NCBI GenBank assembly: GCA_021636085.1
Contig: JAJWNA010000002.1
Location: forward strand, 28,690 to 92,689
DNA: 64,000 nucleotides
Direction: 5' to 3'
Source of the DNA: Candidatus Avelusimicrobium faecicola
GTDB taxonomy: Bacteria > Elusimicrobiota > Elusimicrobia > Elusimicrobiales > Elusimicrobiaceae
Shown: one piece after another, positions 1-9,636 of the stretch
Layout: each line of letters starts with the position of its first letter
How positions within the stretch are numbered: position 1 is the stretch's first letter
Translations under genes and position numbers: made by a program
The notes under the pieces: model-generated
Told to the model about the DNA's origin: nothing
The model's input: only the letters and a program-made list of their open reading frames with translations
Databases searched by the model: none

Positions 1-797
1 TTTTTGCCACGCTGATTGGCGCTATTGCCATGAACGGTATGCACGTTGAAGGCTTGGGCTACACGTTGCGCCAAGCGGCTTCTATCGGCATTATCGGCGG
101 GGCAGACGGCCCGACGGCTATATTCTTAACCTCGCGCCTGGCGCCCGAATTATTAGGCGCTATTGCCGTAGCGGCGTATTCCTATATGGCGTTGGTGCCG
201 ATAATCCAACCGCCCATTATGAAACTGCTGACCACGGATGCAGAACGCAAAATCAAAATGCAACAGCTTCGCCCCGTTTCCAAACGGGAAAAAATCCTGT
301 TCCCCATTGTTTTGCTTTTGCTCTGCGCGTTCTTGTTGCCGGATGCCGCGCCCTTAATCGGTGCGCTTACGTTTGGCAACCTGGTTAAAGAATCCGGCGT
401 GGCGGAACGGCTTTCCAAAACGCTTCAAAATGAGTTTTGCAACATTGTCACCATTTTGCTGGGTTTGGCCGTAGGCTCCAAATTGCAGGCTAAATTGTTC
501 CTTACACCGCAAACCTTGGGCATTTTGGTACTGGGCGTTATTGCGTTTTCCATTGCCACCGCTTCCGGCGTGTTAATGGCTAAACTGATGAACTGCTTTA
601 GCAAAACCAAAGTCAACCCGCTGATTGGTTCCGCCGGGGTGTCCGCCGTGCCTATGGCGGCCCGCGTTTCCAACAAAGTGGGGCAAGAATATGACAAGAA
701 CAACTACCTGCTTATGCACGCCATGGGGCCCAATGTGGCTGGCGTAATCGGCAGTGCGGTTGCGGCCGGTATCTTACTGGCTTTCTTGGGCAAATAG
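1..797 (+). CDS. Na+-translocating decarboxylase beta subunit (OadB/GcdB/MmdB family), 5'-truncated at window edge
   Basis: The reading frame is open back to nt 3 of the window. The motif '[43 protein letters not shown]' is typical of the beta subunit of Na+-pumping oxaloacetate/methylmalonyl-CoA decarboxylases, and the protein is polytopic. Confidence 0.8.
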   Translation, partial: FATLIGAIAMNGMHVEGLGYTLRQAASIGIIGGADGPTAIFLTSRLAPELLGAIAVAAYSYMALVPIIQPPIMKLLTTDAERKIKMQQLRPVSKREKILFPIVLLLLCAFLLPDAAPLIGALTFGNLVKESGVAERLSKTLQNEFCNIVTILLGLAVGSKLQAKLFLTPQTLGILVLGVIAFSIATASGVLMAKLMNCFSKTKVNPLIGSAGVSAVPMAARVSNKVGQEYDKNNYLLMHAMGPNVAGVIGSAVAAGILLAFLGK

Positions 798-816
798 TTT
801 TACCCAAACGCAAAAA

Positions 817-843
817 TCCCCGCCAAACGGCGGGGATTTTTTT
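817..843 (+). terminator. rho-independent terminator after decarboxylase beta gene
   Basis: Hairpin tccccgcc-aaac-ggcgggga followed by a T7 run. Confidence 0.6.
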
Positions 844-859
844 GCCCAATCACAAAATT

Positions 860-1510
860 TTACGCGCTTATTTTTACCCCTTTCCGCGGGCACAATGGGC
901 GCAACGGGCATTGGGAGCAAAGGGGCCTGCGCGCATTACACACTTGGCGGCCGTGCAAAATAAGCGCAATCGCAATCCACCCCCAATAACGGTAGGGAAT
1001 AACCCCAGTCAAATCTTTTTCCACCTTTACCGGGTCCGTTTGGCAAGTCAAACCCAGGCGGTAGGCCAACCGCTTTACATGGGTATCCACTACAATCCCT
1101 TCCGGCTTTTTGAAATAATCCCCCAACATCACATTGGCCGTTTTGCGGGCCACCCCGCGCAGGGAAAGCAAATCCGCCATATTTTGCGGCACTTCCCCGC
1201 CGAAAACGTCACAAATGCGCCGGGAGCTTTCTATTAAGGAAAGCGCCTTGCTGTGGTAAAATCCGGCCGAGTGGATGATTTTTTCCACCGCCTGGATATC
1301 CGCCTGCGCTAACGCCTGCGGCGTGGGATACGCCGCAAACAGCGCCGGAGTAATGGTATTCACGCGCGCGTCCGTGCATTGGGCGGACAAAATAACCGCG
1401 CAAAGCAACTGCCAAGCGTTTGCATGGTGCAACGGAATAATATGTTTGGGATACAGCTTTTTTAAGGCGCGGATAAGCGGCAGCGTGTCCGGCTTGGGGT
1501 TAGCGGGCAT
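860..1510 (-). CDS. nth: endonuclease III (HhH-GPD DNA glycosylase with 4Fe-4S cluster)
   Basis: Aligns along its length with E. coli Nth (LLCAVILSAQCTD, GVARKTANVM, VDTHV). The C-terminal CX6CX2CX5C cluster is present. Start is trimmed to the internal Met (MPANPKPDT), which overlaps the upstream ABC permease stop by 11 nt. Confidence 0.85.
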   Translation of the reverse strand: MPANPKPDTLPLIRALKKLYPKHIIPLHHANAWQLLCAVILSAQCTDARVNTITPALFAAYPTPQALAQADIQAVEKIIHSAGFYHSKALSLIESSRRICDVFGGEVPQNMADLLSLRGVARKTANVMLGDYFKKPEGIVVDTHVKRLAYRLGLTCQTDPVKVEKDLTGVIPYRYWGWIAIALILHGRQVCNARRPLCSQCPLRPLCPRKGVKISA

Positions 1511-2318
1511 AACGGCTCCGCAGGCGGTTCCACGCATAAGCCGCCGCCAAAAAGGCTAAATTTACCAAAATAATGGTAGCGCCGGACGGTATATCAAACA
1601 AAAAAGATAAAAACACGCCCGCCCATACCGCCAGTACCGCCAGTACCACCGCCCACACCAACACTTGCTTAAACGTGCGCGCGAGCATCAGCGCCGCCAC
1701 CGGCGGAATAATCAACAAGGCGGAAATCAGAAAAATTCCCACCACCTTAAACGTAAGCACCACGGCGGCGGAAGTAATCAGCGTAAGCGTTAAATCCATG
1801 GCCTGCACATTAATTCCGCGCGTATGCGCAAACGGCGCATCAAACGAAGCGGACACCAAATCCCGGTAGAAAAAGGTTAAAAAGAACAGTAAAATAGCCA
1901 ACAGCACCGCGCACAAGACGGCTTCGTCCCAACCTACCGTCAAAATACTGCCGAACAGGTATCCCAGTAAATCCGTATTAAACCCGCCCGCGAGCGCCGT
2001 AATAAACAGGCCGACAGCCAACCCGGCCGCGCTGACAATCCCAATTGCCGCGTCCCCGTAAATGCGGAATTTTTCCGCCAGTTTCAAAATCCCCACGGAC
2101 GACACCATCACCACCGGGATAGATACATACACGGGAGATGCCCCCAACAAAAGCGCCGCCGCCACCCCGGTTAAACACACATGGCTCAGGCCGTCCCCAA
2201 TCAAAGAGAGCCGTTTTAAGACGAGAAACACGCCCAGTATCGCACAGATTGCCGCCGCCAAAGAGCCCGCCAGCAACCCGCGCTGCACAAAGCCATAACT
2301 TAAAAATTCACTAATCAT
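1500..2318 (-). CDS. metal (Zn/Mn) ABC transporter permease, ABC-3 family (ZnuB/MntB/TroC-like)
   Basis: Multi-TM protein with a ZnuB-like N-terminus (FLVLKRLSLIGDGLSHVCLTG). Start is trimmed to MISEFL, which overlaps the ATPase gene stop. Confidence 0.8.
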   Translation of the reverse strand: MISEFLSYGFVQRGLLAGSLAAAICAILGVFLVLKRLSLIGDGLSHVCLTGVAAALLLGASPVYVSIPVVMVSSVGILKLAEKFRIYGDAAIGIVSAAGLAVGLFITALAGGFNTDLLGYLFGSILTVGWDEAVLCAVLLAILLFFLTFFYRDLVSASFDAPFAHTRGINVQAMDLTLTLITSAAVVLTFKVVGIFLISALLIIPPVAALMLARTFKQVLVWAVVLAVLAVWAGVFLSFLFDIPSGATIILVNLAFLAAAYAWNRLRSRYAR

Positions 2319-3102
2319 GGTGCGCCTCCCCACAGCCGCCCAGCGGGCAGTGCCCCGCATTATGCAGGTGGTCTATGGTATGTTGGGCAAACGCCCCCAA
2401 CTTGGCCGCCACCGCGGACGATTGGCAAAATTCCTGTTTGGTTCCGTAAAAAACCAACTCTTTATCCACATACATAAATTTAGAGATGTATTTTCCCACC
2501 TCGCCGGTATCGTGCGTGATTAATAAAATAGTCACGCCGTGGCGGGTGTTCAATTCCCCCAATAAATTAAAAAATTCTTCCCGGCTGCCCGCATCCAACG
2601 CGGCGGACGGTTCATCCAAAATAAGCAGTTGGGGTTTGCTGACCAACGCGCGCGCCAACAATACGCGCTGTTGCTGGCCGATAGACAAATCGTGAAAAAT
2701 CCGCTTGGCATAATCCAGCGTGTTGGTTTTGCGCAGGGCCTCGTACACGTTGCGCAGGTCGGACATCCGCACCCCGCTATGCAGGCGGTTAAATTCCAAC
2801 CCCATAAAAACCACTTCTTCTACGGAAATGGGAAAACGGCTCTGCGCTACCGGGCTTTTTTGCGCCAGATAGCCTATTTTTTGCCAATCCTTAAATTGCG
2901 CAAGCGGCGTGCCGAACAGGAGGATTTTTCCTTGCCCCTTTTCCAAACCCAACAAAACTTTTAACAGCGTGGTCTTTCCGCCGCCGTTGGGGCCGATAAG
3001 CCCCACATAATCCCCGGCTTCCACCTTAAAATTAATGCCGTCCAACACCCAGGCGGATTCATACTTAAACCGCACATTTTCGGCTTCTATTACGCTTTGC
3101 AT
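2311..3102 (-). CDS. metal ABC transporter ATP-binding protein (ZnuC-like)
   Basis: Walker A GPNGGGKTT, the ABC signature LSIGQQQR, and Walker B LLILDEP. Confidence 0.85.
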   Translation of the reverse strand: MQSVIEAENVRFKYESAWVLDGINFKVEAGDYVGLIGPNGGGKTTLLKVLLGLEKGQGKILLFGTPLAQFKDWQKIGYLAQKSPVAQSRFPISVEEVVFMGLEFNRLHSGVRMSDLRNVYEALRKTNTLDYAKRIFHDLSIGQQQRVLLARALVSKPQLLILDEPSAALDAGSREEFFNLLGELNTRHGVTILLITHDTGEVGKYISKFMYVDKELVFYGTKQEFCQSSAVAAKLGAFAQHTIDHLHNAGHCPLGGCGEAHHD

Positions 3103-3992
3103 TGTAAACCCCTTGCCAAATTGGTTAAATTGCGGTGCATAAACTGCGCATAAGTGGTATGGGCCGCTACATCTTGGCGGCTGACGTGTTCCACCGTATA
3201 CAAAGGCAACACCTGCGCGCCGGTTTCCCGCGCCACCGTAGCGGCTAAATTTTGGGCAATTTCTTCTTCCGTAAACACATATTTTACGCCGCTTTGGCGC
3301 ACTTGCTTAATCACTCCGGCCAATTTGCGCACGGAATGTTCCCCGTCGTGCGAAGTGCCCGCCAGGGCCGTCAAATGCAACCGATACCGCGCGGCCAAAT
3401 TGCCAAACGCCAAATGGCCGATATGCACCATTTCGCGGGTTTGGCAAGCGGATAACACGCGGGAATATTCCGCATCCAATTCGTCCAACTCCTTCAAAAA
3501 CAGGGCCAGGCGTTCTTCAAAAAAAGCACGGTTGGCGGGGTCCTGCCCGCTCAACGCCGCACTGACGGCCCGGGCAAACGGGCGCATATTGTCAAAATCC
3601 ATCCAAATATGCGGGTCTTTGGACGGCGCCGCGCCGCTAGCCGCCTCCACCACCGCGGCACCGGGGCGGACACTAGGCAAAATATCTTTTACCCACGGCT
3701 CCAACTGCGGGGACACATATATAAATACCCCGGCCGAATGAACGGCAATAATGGTGCCGGGGGTCGGCTCAAAAGAGTGCGGCTCCGCATTGGCGGGCAA
3801 AAGCATAGACAAATTGATTTTTTCTCCCCCGATTTCCCGCGCTACCGCAAATGCCACATAGCCGGACGTGACCACCTTTAACCGGGTGTCCTGCGCCGGG
3901 GCTTGGCGGCGGGCCAGCAAGGCAATCAGCCCCGCCACTCCAACCGCCGCTATGATTAAAAGTTTGATAAAAAACGCTTTTTTGAATTTCAT
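3090..3992 (-). CDS. metal ABC transporter periplasmic substrate-binding protein (ZnuA/TroA cluster 9)
   Basis: N-terminal signal or TM segment, His-rich metal-binding fold pattern, and operon context with the permease and ATPase. Confidence 0.75.
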   Translation of the reverse strand: MKFKKAFFIKLLIIAAVGVAGLIALLARRQAPAQDTRLKVVTSGYVAFAVAREIGGEKINLSMLLPANAEPHSFEPTPGTIIAVHSAGVFIYVSPQLEPWVKDILPSVRPGAAVVEAASGAAPSKDPHIWMDFDNMRPFARAVSAALSGQDPANRAFFEERLALFLKELDELDAEYSRVLSACQTREMVHIGHLAFGNLAARYRLHLTALAGTSHDGEHSVRKLAGVIKQVRQSGVKYVFTEEEIAQNLAATVARETGAQVLPLYTVEHVSRQDVAAHTTYAQFMHRNLTNLARGLQCKA

Positions 3993-4021
3993 AAAATTAT
4001 CCTTATATATATTATACTTTT

Positions 4022-4059
4022 TTGTATACCCGTCTTTTGGGGCAGTTATTTACTATAAT
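4022..4059 (+). promoter_or_regulatory. candidate sigma70-type promoter upstream of EamA transporter
   Basis: TATAAT hexamer at 4054-4059, followed by a strong RBS (AGGAGG) 8 nt before the ATG. The -35 element is poor. Confidence 0.25.
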
Positions 4060-4084
4060 GTAAAAAATACAGGAGGAAAAATAC

Positions 4085-4972
4085 ATGAGTTATTTGTTGG
4101 CGTTTTGTTTGGCCCTTTGTTGGGGCACGGCCTTTTTGGCTTCAAAAAATATGGTGGAAGCGTTGCCGCCGTATTGGAGTACCTTTTTCCGCGTGTTAGC
4201 GGGTTTTATGTTTTTTGTTGTTTTTTACGGCGTTCAACGCAAAAACCTCAAATGCCCGGTCAAAGAATTATGGCGCCCGTGGACCATTGGTTTTTTGCTT
4301 ATTTTGTTCCCGTTTGCGGCTATTTCCTGGGGGCAACGCTTTGTGGCGCCCACGATTGGCGGCATTTTTAACGGAACCGTGCCGATATGGTCCTTTATTG
4401 CCGGGGCCATTTTGTTAAAAGGCGTGGACCGCTTTACCTGGCGCCGCGCCGCCGGGGTAAGCGTGGGGTTAGCCGGGTTATTATGCACGGTGTGGCCGTC
4501 GCTTTCCATTGGGCATGACAAATGGGCTATGTATGGTTGCGCCGCCATGCTTTTAATGGCGTGGTCTTACAGCTTGGGCAATGTGCTGACCAAAAAAATT
4601 ATGGTGGATAACCAATCCGTTTCTTTGGAAGCCAACACCTTCCACCAATATTTATTTTCTGCCGTGGTATTACTCGTGGTGGCGTTTTTTGCCGAGCCGT
4701 TCCCGGCCACCAGTGCGTTTAGCCCCAAAGTGGTTTTATCCATTTTAAGCGCGGGTATTTTCTCGTCCGCGGTGGCGTTCTTGCTGATGGTAGCCCTGAT
4801 TAAACGCTGGGGGGCCACGCGCATGGCATCCGTCACTTATTTTACGCCGGTGGTAGCCATGGGCAGTGATATTATCGCCCGCGGGCGGATGCCCTCCGGC
4901 TTGGAACTGATTGGCCTGGGTATTATTTTTGTCAGCCTGTTCCTCATCCAAAAGCCGGTAGAAGCAAAATAA
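4085..4972 (+). CDS. EamA/DMT-family transporter
   Basis: Ten predicted TM helices with two EamA-like halves, and an AGGAGG RBS. Confidence 0.75.
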   Translation: MSYLLAFCLALCWGTAFLASKNMVEALPPYWSTFFRVLAGFMFFVVFYGVQRKNLKCPVKELWRPWTIGFLLILFPFAAISWGQRFVAPTIGGIFNGTVPIWSFIAGAILLKGVDRFTWRRAAGVSVGLAGLLCTVWPSLSIGHDKWAMYGCAAMLLMAWSYSLGNVLTKKIMVDNQSVSLEANTFHQYLFSAVVLLVVAFFAEPFPATSAFSPKVVLSILSAGIFSSAVAFLLMVALIKRWGATRMASVTYFTPVVAMGSDIIARGRMPSGLELIGLGIIFVSLFLIQKPVEAK

Positions 4973-4998
4973 AACCGCTTTTTCTTACCTCAAGTAGA

Positions 4999-5028
4999 CC
5001 CCGCACACCGGCGGGGTTTACTTTTTTT
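4999..5028 (+). terminator. rho-independent terminator
   Basis: Hairpin ccccgc-acaccg-gcgggg followed by tttacttttttt. Confidence 0.6.
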
Positions 5029-5100
5029 GTTGCCTTTTGAAACCCCCGGCCGCCGCAGTGCTAAAATAATCTAAAAAGCCCTTGATAAAAACGGCTATTT

Positions 5101-5127
5101 TTGCCGGAATAAATGCTACAATATAAT
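5101..5127 (+). promoter_or_regulatory. candidate promoter for DUF4912/GH57 operon
   Basis: TTGCCG, then a 15-nt spacer, then TATAAT (5122-5127). An overlapping extended -10-like TGcTACAAT is also present. Confidence 0.3.
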
Positions 5128-5188
5128 AGCTAAAGAATATCCTGCTGATTTGATAGAGTTGATTTTCTAAAAGGGTGAGGTATTAAGT

Positions 5189-6058
5189 ATGACACAAAAT
5201 TTATCGTCTACCGCGTTTGTAAAACCCGCGGTAAAAGACGCACAAGCCGAAGTAAACATCCCGGCTTCTTACGGCAAAACGGAAAGTTTCCTGTTGCCGA
5301 AGGACCCGGCGTGGTTGTTCCTGTTTTGGGAAATTACCGCCGCTACCATAGAATGTATTAAAAGCCAATACAGCGCGGACCTGTTAAACGCCGCCAAAAC
5401 GATTATCCGTTTGTACGACGTGACCGGCGTTCCGTTTTTTGACGGCTCCAACGCGGTGCAATTTTATGATATGCCCGTTATTTTTGAAGCCCGCAGCTGG
5501 TACATCAACGCCCCCGCAACCGGGCGCAGCTATGTGGCGGATTTGGGCTTTTTAACGCCCGACGGCCGCTTTATTTTGGTTTCCCGCAGCAACCAAACGC
5601 TCCTGCCGCCCGGCAAAATATCAGACATTATTGATGATAAATGGATGATTGTGGAAGGGGACTTCCAAAAACTCTTAAAACTCTCCGGCGCGGACTACAT
5701 TGGTTTGGGCGCCAGCGAGCGGATGCAAGTGGTGGGCCAACGCTGGAAACTGACCGAGCTGACCACCTCCGGCGCACCGACCAGCTGGTCCTCTTTTGCG
5801 CTCCACACGCAAACCCCGCAAACGGACGAGGACATCTGGCTCAAGGCGGATTGTGAAATTATCATTTACGGTTCCGCCTCTAAAAATGCCACCGTTTCCA
5901 TTAACGGCCAAATTATTGAATTAAAAGAAGGCAAATTTTCTATCCGCCAACACCTGCCCGCAGGCAGCGTGGTGGACTTACCCATTAAAGCCCAAAACGC
6001 CAAAGGGGATAAAGTCCGCCAAATCAACATTAAAGCGCTACGCGAACAGGGGAAATAA
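5189..6058 (+). CDS. DUF4912 domain protein (conserved GH57 partner, function unknown)
   Basis: From memory, the N-terminal block 'YGKTESFLLPKDPAWLFLFWEI' matches the DUF4912 signature. The gene lies 3 nt upstream of the GH57 branching-enzyme gene. An AAGGGTGAGG RBS is present. Confidence 0.6.
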   Translation: MTQNLSSTAFVKPAVKDAQAEVNIPASYGKTESFLLPKDPAWLFLFWEITAATIECIKSQYSADLLNAAKTIIRLYDVTGVPFFDGSNAVQFYDMPVIFEARSWYINAPATGRSYVADLGFLTPDGRFILVSRSNQTLLPPGKISDIIDDKWMIVEGDFQKLLKLSGADYIGLGASERMQVVGQRWKLTELTTSGAPTSWSSFALHTQTPQTDEDIWLKADCEIIIYGSASKNATVSINGQIIELKEGKFSIRQHLPAGSVVDLPIKAQNAKGDKVRQINIKALREQGK

Positions 6059-6060
6059 CT

Positions 6061-7683
6061 ATGGGAGCAGAAAAAGGCTATTTAGCGCTGGTATTACACG
6101 CACACTTGCCGTTTATTAAGCACCCGGAATACCCGGACTTTTTGGAAGAAGACTGGTTTTATGAAGCCATGGTGGAAACCTACCTGCCGCTGTTAAATGT
6201 ATTTGAAAATTTACAGGCGGAAGGAACGGATTTTCGTTTAACCATGTCTTTAACTCCGCCGCTTTGCAATATGATGTCGGACCCGCTGCTTATTGAGCGT
6301 TTCCGCCATTATTTGAACCAACGCATTGAGCTTTCTTCCAAGGAAATTGAACGCACCCGCAACACCGCGTTTGAAGCCGTTGCCAAAATGTATTATGACA
6401 AATTCCGCCGCTACCAGGATTTGTTTGAAAACCGCTACCACGGGCATATTTTGGAAGGGTTTAAGAAGTTTCAAGATTTAGGCAAACTGGAAATTATTAC
6501 CTGCTGTGCCACGCACGGCTATTTGCCGCTTATGGTGCATAAAGAAAGCGTAAACGCCCAAATTAAAACCGCCGTGACGGACTACCGCAGCCGCTTTGGC
6601 CGCAGCCCGCGCGGGATTTGGCTGGCCGAATGTGCCTACAACCCGGGCGACGATAAATTCCTGCGGGAAGAAGGCATCCGCTTCTTCTTCACGGAATCGC
6701 ACGGCGTTCTGCACGGCACCCCGCGGCCCAAATACGGCATTTATGCCCCGGTATACTGCCCGCAAACGGGCGTGGCGGCTTTTGCGCGCGATATGGAATC
6801 GGCCCAACAGGTGTGGAGCGCCGAATCCGGCTACCCCGGTGACCCGCGCTACCGCGAATTTTACCGCGATTTAGGCTACGATTTGGATTACGACTACATT
6901 AAGCCTTATCTCCATTCGGACGGCGTGCGCCGCAATATCGCCATGAAATACTATAAAATTACCGGCAAAGTACCGCTGAACCAAAAACAGCCGTACAACC
7001 CGCACGAGGCGCGCGAAGTGGCCGCCCAGCACGCCGGCAATTTTATGTTCAACCGCCAAAAACAAATTGAATATTTAAGCACGCTGATTGACCGCAAGCC
7101 GCTGGTCGTTTCCATGTATGACGCGGAACTCTACGGCCACTGGTGGTACGAAGGGATAGAATTTTTGGAATTTTTATTCAAAAAACTCTATTACGACCAG
7201 ACGGATATTAAGCTCGTCACCCCCAGCGAATACTTGGCTATGTACCCGGTTAACCAAACGGTACAGCCGTCTATGTCCTCTTGGGGCGATAAAGGCTACC
7301 ACGACGTTTGGCTCAACAGCGGCAACGATTGGATTTACCGCCACTTGATTAAAGCGGCCGAACGCATGATGGAAATGGCAAACCGTTTCCCGAATGCGGA
7401 CGGACTTTTGCGCCGCGCGCTGAACCAAATGGCGCGGGAATTAATGCTGATGCAGTCTTCCGACTGGGCATTTTTAATGACCACCGGCACCGCAAAAGAA
7501 TATTCCACCAAACGCACCAAGGACCATATCAACCGTTTTAATGAGTTGTACGAACAAATTAGCGGCAACCGCATTAACGAAGCGTATGTGTATGACTTGG
7601 AACAGAAAGACTCTATCTTCCAACACATGGATTATAACGTCTATGCCAGCGCGGCGAAAGACGCCGTACTGAAAAAATACTAA
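6061..7683 (+). CDS. glycoside hydrolase family 57 1,4-alpha-glucan branching enzyme (Thermus/Thermococcus TK1436 type)
   Basis: Alignable along its length to the Thermus GH57 glycogen branching enzyme (LVLHAHLPF, CCATHGYLPL, SMYDAELYGHWWYEG, LMQSSDWAFLMTTG). Confidence 0.85.
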   Translation: MGAEKGYLALVLHAHLPFIKHPEYPDFLEEDWFYEAMVETYLPLLNVFENLQAEGTDFRLTMSLTPPLCNMMSDPLLIERFRHYLNQRIELSSKEIERTRNTAFEAVAKMYYDKFRRYQDLFENRYHGHILEGFKKFQDLGKLEIITCCATHGYLPLMVHKESVNAQIKTAVTDYRSRFGRSPRGIWLAECAYNPGDDKFLREEGIRFFFTESHGVLHGTPRPKYGIYAPVYCPQTGVAAFARDMESAQQVWSAESGYPGDPRYREFYRDLGYDLDYDYIKPYLHSDGVRRNIAMKYYKITGKVPLNQKQPYNPHEAREVAAQHAGNFMFNRQKQIEYLSTLIDRKPLVVSMYDAELYGHWWYEGIEFLEFLFKKLYYDQTDIKLVTPSEYLAMYPVNQTVQPSMSSWGDKGYHDVWLNSGNDWIYRHLIKAAERMMEMANRFPNADGLLRRALNQMARELMLMQSSDWAFLMTTGTAKEYSTKRTKDHINRFNELYEQISGNRINEAYVYDLEQKDSIFQHMDYNVYASAAKDAVLKKY

Positions 7684-7700
7684 TCAGCCGTTTGCTTTTC

Positions 7701-7732
7701 ATCCGCGGTCCGTCGGGCCGCGGATTTTTTTG
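7701..7732 (+). terminator. rho-independent terminator after GH57 gene
   Basis: Hairpin atccgcgg..gccgcggat followed by a T8 run. Confidence 0.65.
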
Positions 7733-7816
7733 TCTATCCGGGCCATTTGGGCCCAGGCCCAATTTGGGTCTAAAGACTCTGTTTTATCCGCTACCGTTTT
7801 TACTATACTAATAATA

Positions 7817-8932
7817 ATGAAAACATTAATTATTACACTACTATTGTTAGCCACTCCGTGCGCGAGTGTATTTTCCCAGGGGCTTGTAAGAACCCTGCCC
7901 AAAACGGCCAAACAAGCCGTTAAACGCTCCTATAAAAAGCAATCCCCCACCCTAAAAGCGCGGTTCAAGGCCGAACAGGTCCGGCCTGCTTATAATGCCG
8001 CCACGGCACGCCGCATTGATTTAGTCATGAAAAAAACCGCCGCTAAAGATTTGTTAGCCCGCCGCCACCTTTATAATATGGAAATGCAAAAAGTTATCCA
8101 AGCGTTGCCCAAAATACAAGCGCTGGAAAAGGCCCCCAATGCCGCCGCATTGGCCGAAGTAAAAACATGGGTGGAAAACCAGATTATCAACAAAACGCTC
8201 AAAAAGACGTTGCTAACCTTACTGGAACAAAAAAAATACGCGCAAATGGCGCAGGAATTGTCCGATTATTACGCCATTCCGTTAGACAGAGATTTACTGG
8301 CATTATCCCAAAAAAATATGCGTGAAACAGTGGTAGAAAGTGCGTTGGCCTATACCAAACGCCACCCGCACAAACCCAATTTGCCGTTGCGGGAGTTGTT
8401 AAAGTCGGAAAAAGTAAACGCCCGCACCAAAGAAAACATCCAACGCTATTTGAATAATCCGGTCATGGTCTCGCATGTGCCCTTGGGTTTCAAAACCATG
8501 GTCCGCACCGCCTACAAACAGCACTATAAAGGCGTGCGCCAAGCGGTCAACTCGCCGGAAGTGCAAGCCACGGTAATGTCTTACAATAAAACGGTAGCGG
8601 AGTTGCGCAAATTTGTAGCCAAACACCACCGCCAGCCCCGCTGGAATGCCCCGCTGGCCGAACGCCGCCTGTACAACAAATTGCAGTTAATTATAGTGCA
8701 TAACGTGACCAACTGCTTTTGTGAAGCGGAAACCGTCAAGCAGGAAATACGCGCCATTTTGGCTAAATATCCGAACCGCTCTTACGAAGAATTTTATAAA
8801 GATTATACCAACTTTGTAAAAACGTTTAAGCGCCAACCGGAACCGCTGCCTCAGCGCCCGGGTGCCTCCCCGCGCGAACAACGGCTGTATGATGAAATGG
8901 CCCGCTTTATGATAGACGGACAATTAAAATAA
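7817..8932 (+). CDS. secreted hypothetical protein (signal peptide, Lys/Arg-rich, no recognisable domain)
   Basis: Long ORF with normal codon usage. Start is trimmed to MKTLIITLLLLATPCASVFSQ, a signal peptide. Terminators bound it on both sides. Confidence 0.6.
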   Translation: MKTLIITLLLLATPCASVFSQGLVRTLPKTAKQAVKRSYKKQSPTLKARFKAEQVRPAYNAATARRIDLVMKKTAAKDLLARRHLYNMEMQKVIQALPKIQALEKAPNAAALAEVKTWVENQIINKTLKKTLLTLLEQKKYAQMAQELSDYYAIPLDRDLLALSQKNMRETVVESALAYTKRHPHKPNLPLRELLKSEKVNARTKENIQRYLNNPVMVSHVPLGFKTMVRTAYKQHYKGVRQAVNSPEVQATVMSYNKTVAELRKFVAKHHRQPRWNAPLAERRLYNKLQLIIVHNVTNCFCEAETVKQEIRAILAKYPNRSYEEFYKDYTNFVKTFKRQPEPLPQRPGASPREQRLYDEMARFMIDGQLK

Positions 8933-8952
8933 CCGTTTTACATACAACCCAA

Positions 8953-8989
8953 GGCCCGAATCGGCAACCGCCGCTCCGGGCCTTTTTTA
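8953..8989 (+). terminator. rho-independent terminator
   Basis: Stem ggcccg...cgggcc followed by tttttt. Confidence 0.5.
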
Positions 8990-9037
8990 TACATACGGCG
9001 CCCAACAAAACAACCCCTGTTAAATAACGGCAGGCAA

Positions 9038-9069
9038 AAGGCCCCCGCGTTTATAAACGCAGGGGCCTT
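9038..9069 (-). terminator. rho-independent terminator of greA (minus strand)
   Basis: Perfect 13-bp-stem hairpin aaggcccccgcgttta/taaacgcaggggcctt, followed on the minus strand by a TTTT run. Confidence 0.6.
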
Positions 9070-9086
9070 ATAAAAAACGCCGGGCT

Positions 9087-9557
9087 TTATTTGTATTCCA
9101 GTTTTACCAGTTTGTATTTTTTGGGTCCGCGCGGCAGTTCCACCGTAAAGGTTTCCCCTTGCTTTTTACCCAATACCCCGCTGGCTAACGGAGATTTAAC
9201 CGATAACAGCCCCTTATCCGGGTTGGATTCCATGGAACCCACCAGCGTATAAGTAAATTCAATATCGGCCACCAAATCTTTCAGGGTCACCGTGGCCCCA
9301 ATGCGGGCTTCACTGCGGTCCACCGCCAAATCGTCCGTAATTTCGGCATTACGCAGTTTCATTTCCAAATCATCAATACGGCGCAAGGTTTCCGCCTGTT
9401 TTTCTTTGGCGGCATGATACTCCGCGTTTTCTTTCAAATCCCCCTGGGCGGCCGCTTCTCCGATTTCGTCGGAAAGTTGCGCTTTTTGTTCTTTCAAACG
9501 TTTAATTTCGTTTACTAAATCTTCATATTTTTTACGGCTTACATAAAACTTTTCCAT
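9087..9557 (-). CDS. greA: transcription elongation factor GreA
   Basis: N-terminal coiled-coil plus C-terminal FKBP-like domain. The sequence pattern is typical of GreA (YVSRKKYEDLVNEIKRLK...GATVTLKDL...KLVK). Confidence 0.85.
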   Translation of the reverse strand: MEKFYVSRKKYEDLVNEIKRLKEQKAQLSDEIGEAAAQGDLKENAEYHAAKEKQAETLRRIDDLEMKLRNAEITDDLAVDRSEARIGATVTLKDLVADIEFTYTLVGSMESNPDKGLLSVKSPLASGVLGKKQGETFTVELPRGPKKYKLVKLEYK

Positions 9558-9601
9558 AACATCACTCCTCTTAATTAGAGTTTACAATTTATGCCTTTGC
9601 A

Positions 9602-9636
9602 TTTCAACCGCGCTATAAATTTATTATAATCGTGGT
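9602..9636 (+). promoter_or_regulatory. candidate promoter giving a leaderless transcript for the S1 protease gene
   Basis: TTTCAA, then 17 nt, then TATAAT (9625-9630). The ATG at 9637 lies 7 nt downstream of the -10 with no Shine-Dalgarno sequence. Confidence 0.3.

Noticed and set aside
1500-1537. The longer N-terminal extensions suggested by the ORF track for nth, the ABC permease, tldD (to 21406), tpiA, topA, trmL, MFS, GH57 (to 63012) and glgP (from 55504).
   Set aside because: Internal Met codons with RBSs and homology-consistent N-termini or signal peptides give better starts. The extensions would also create long overlaps with neighbouring genes.
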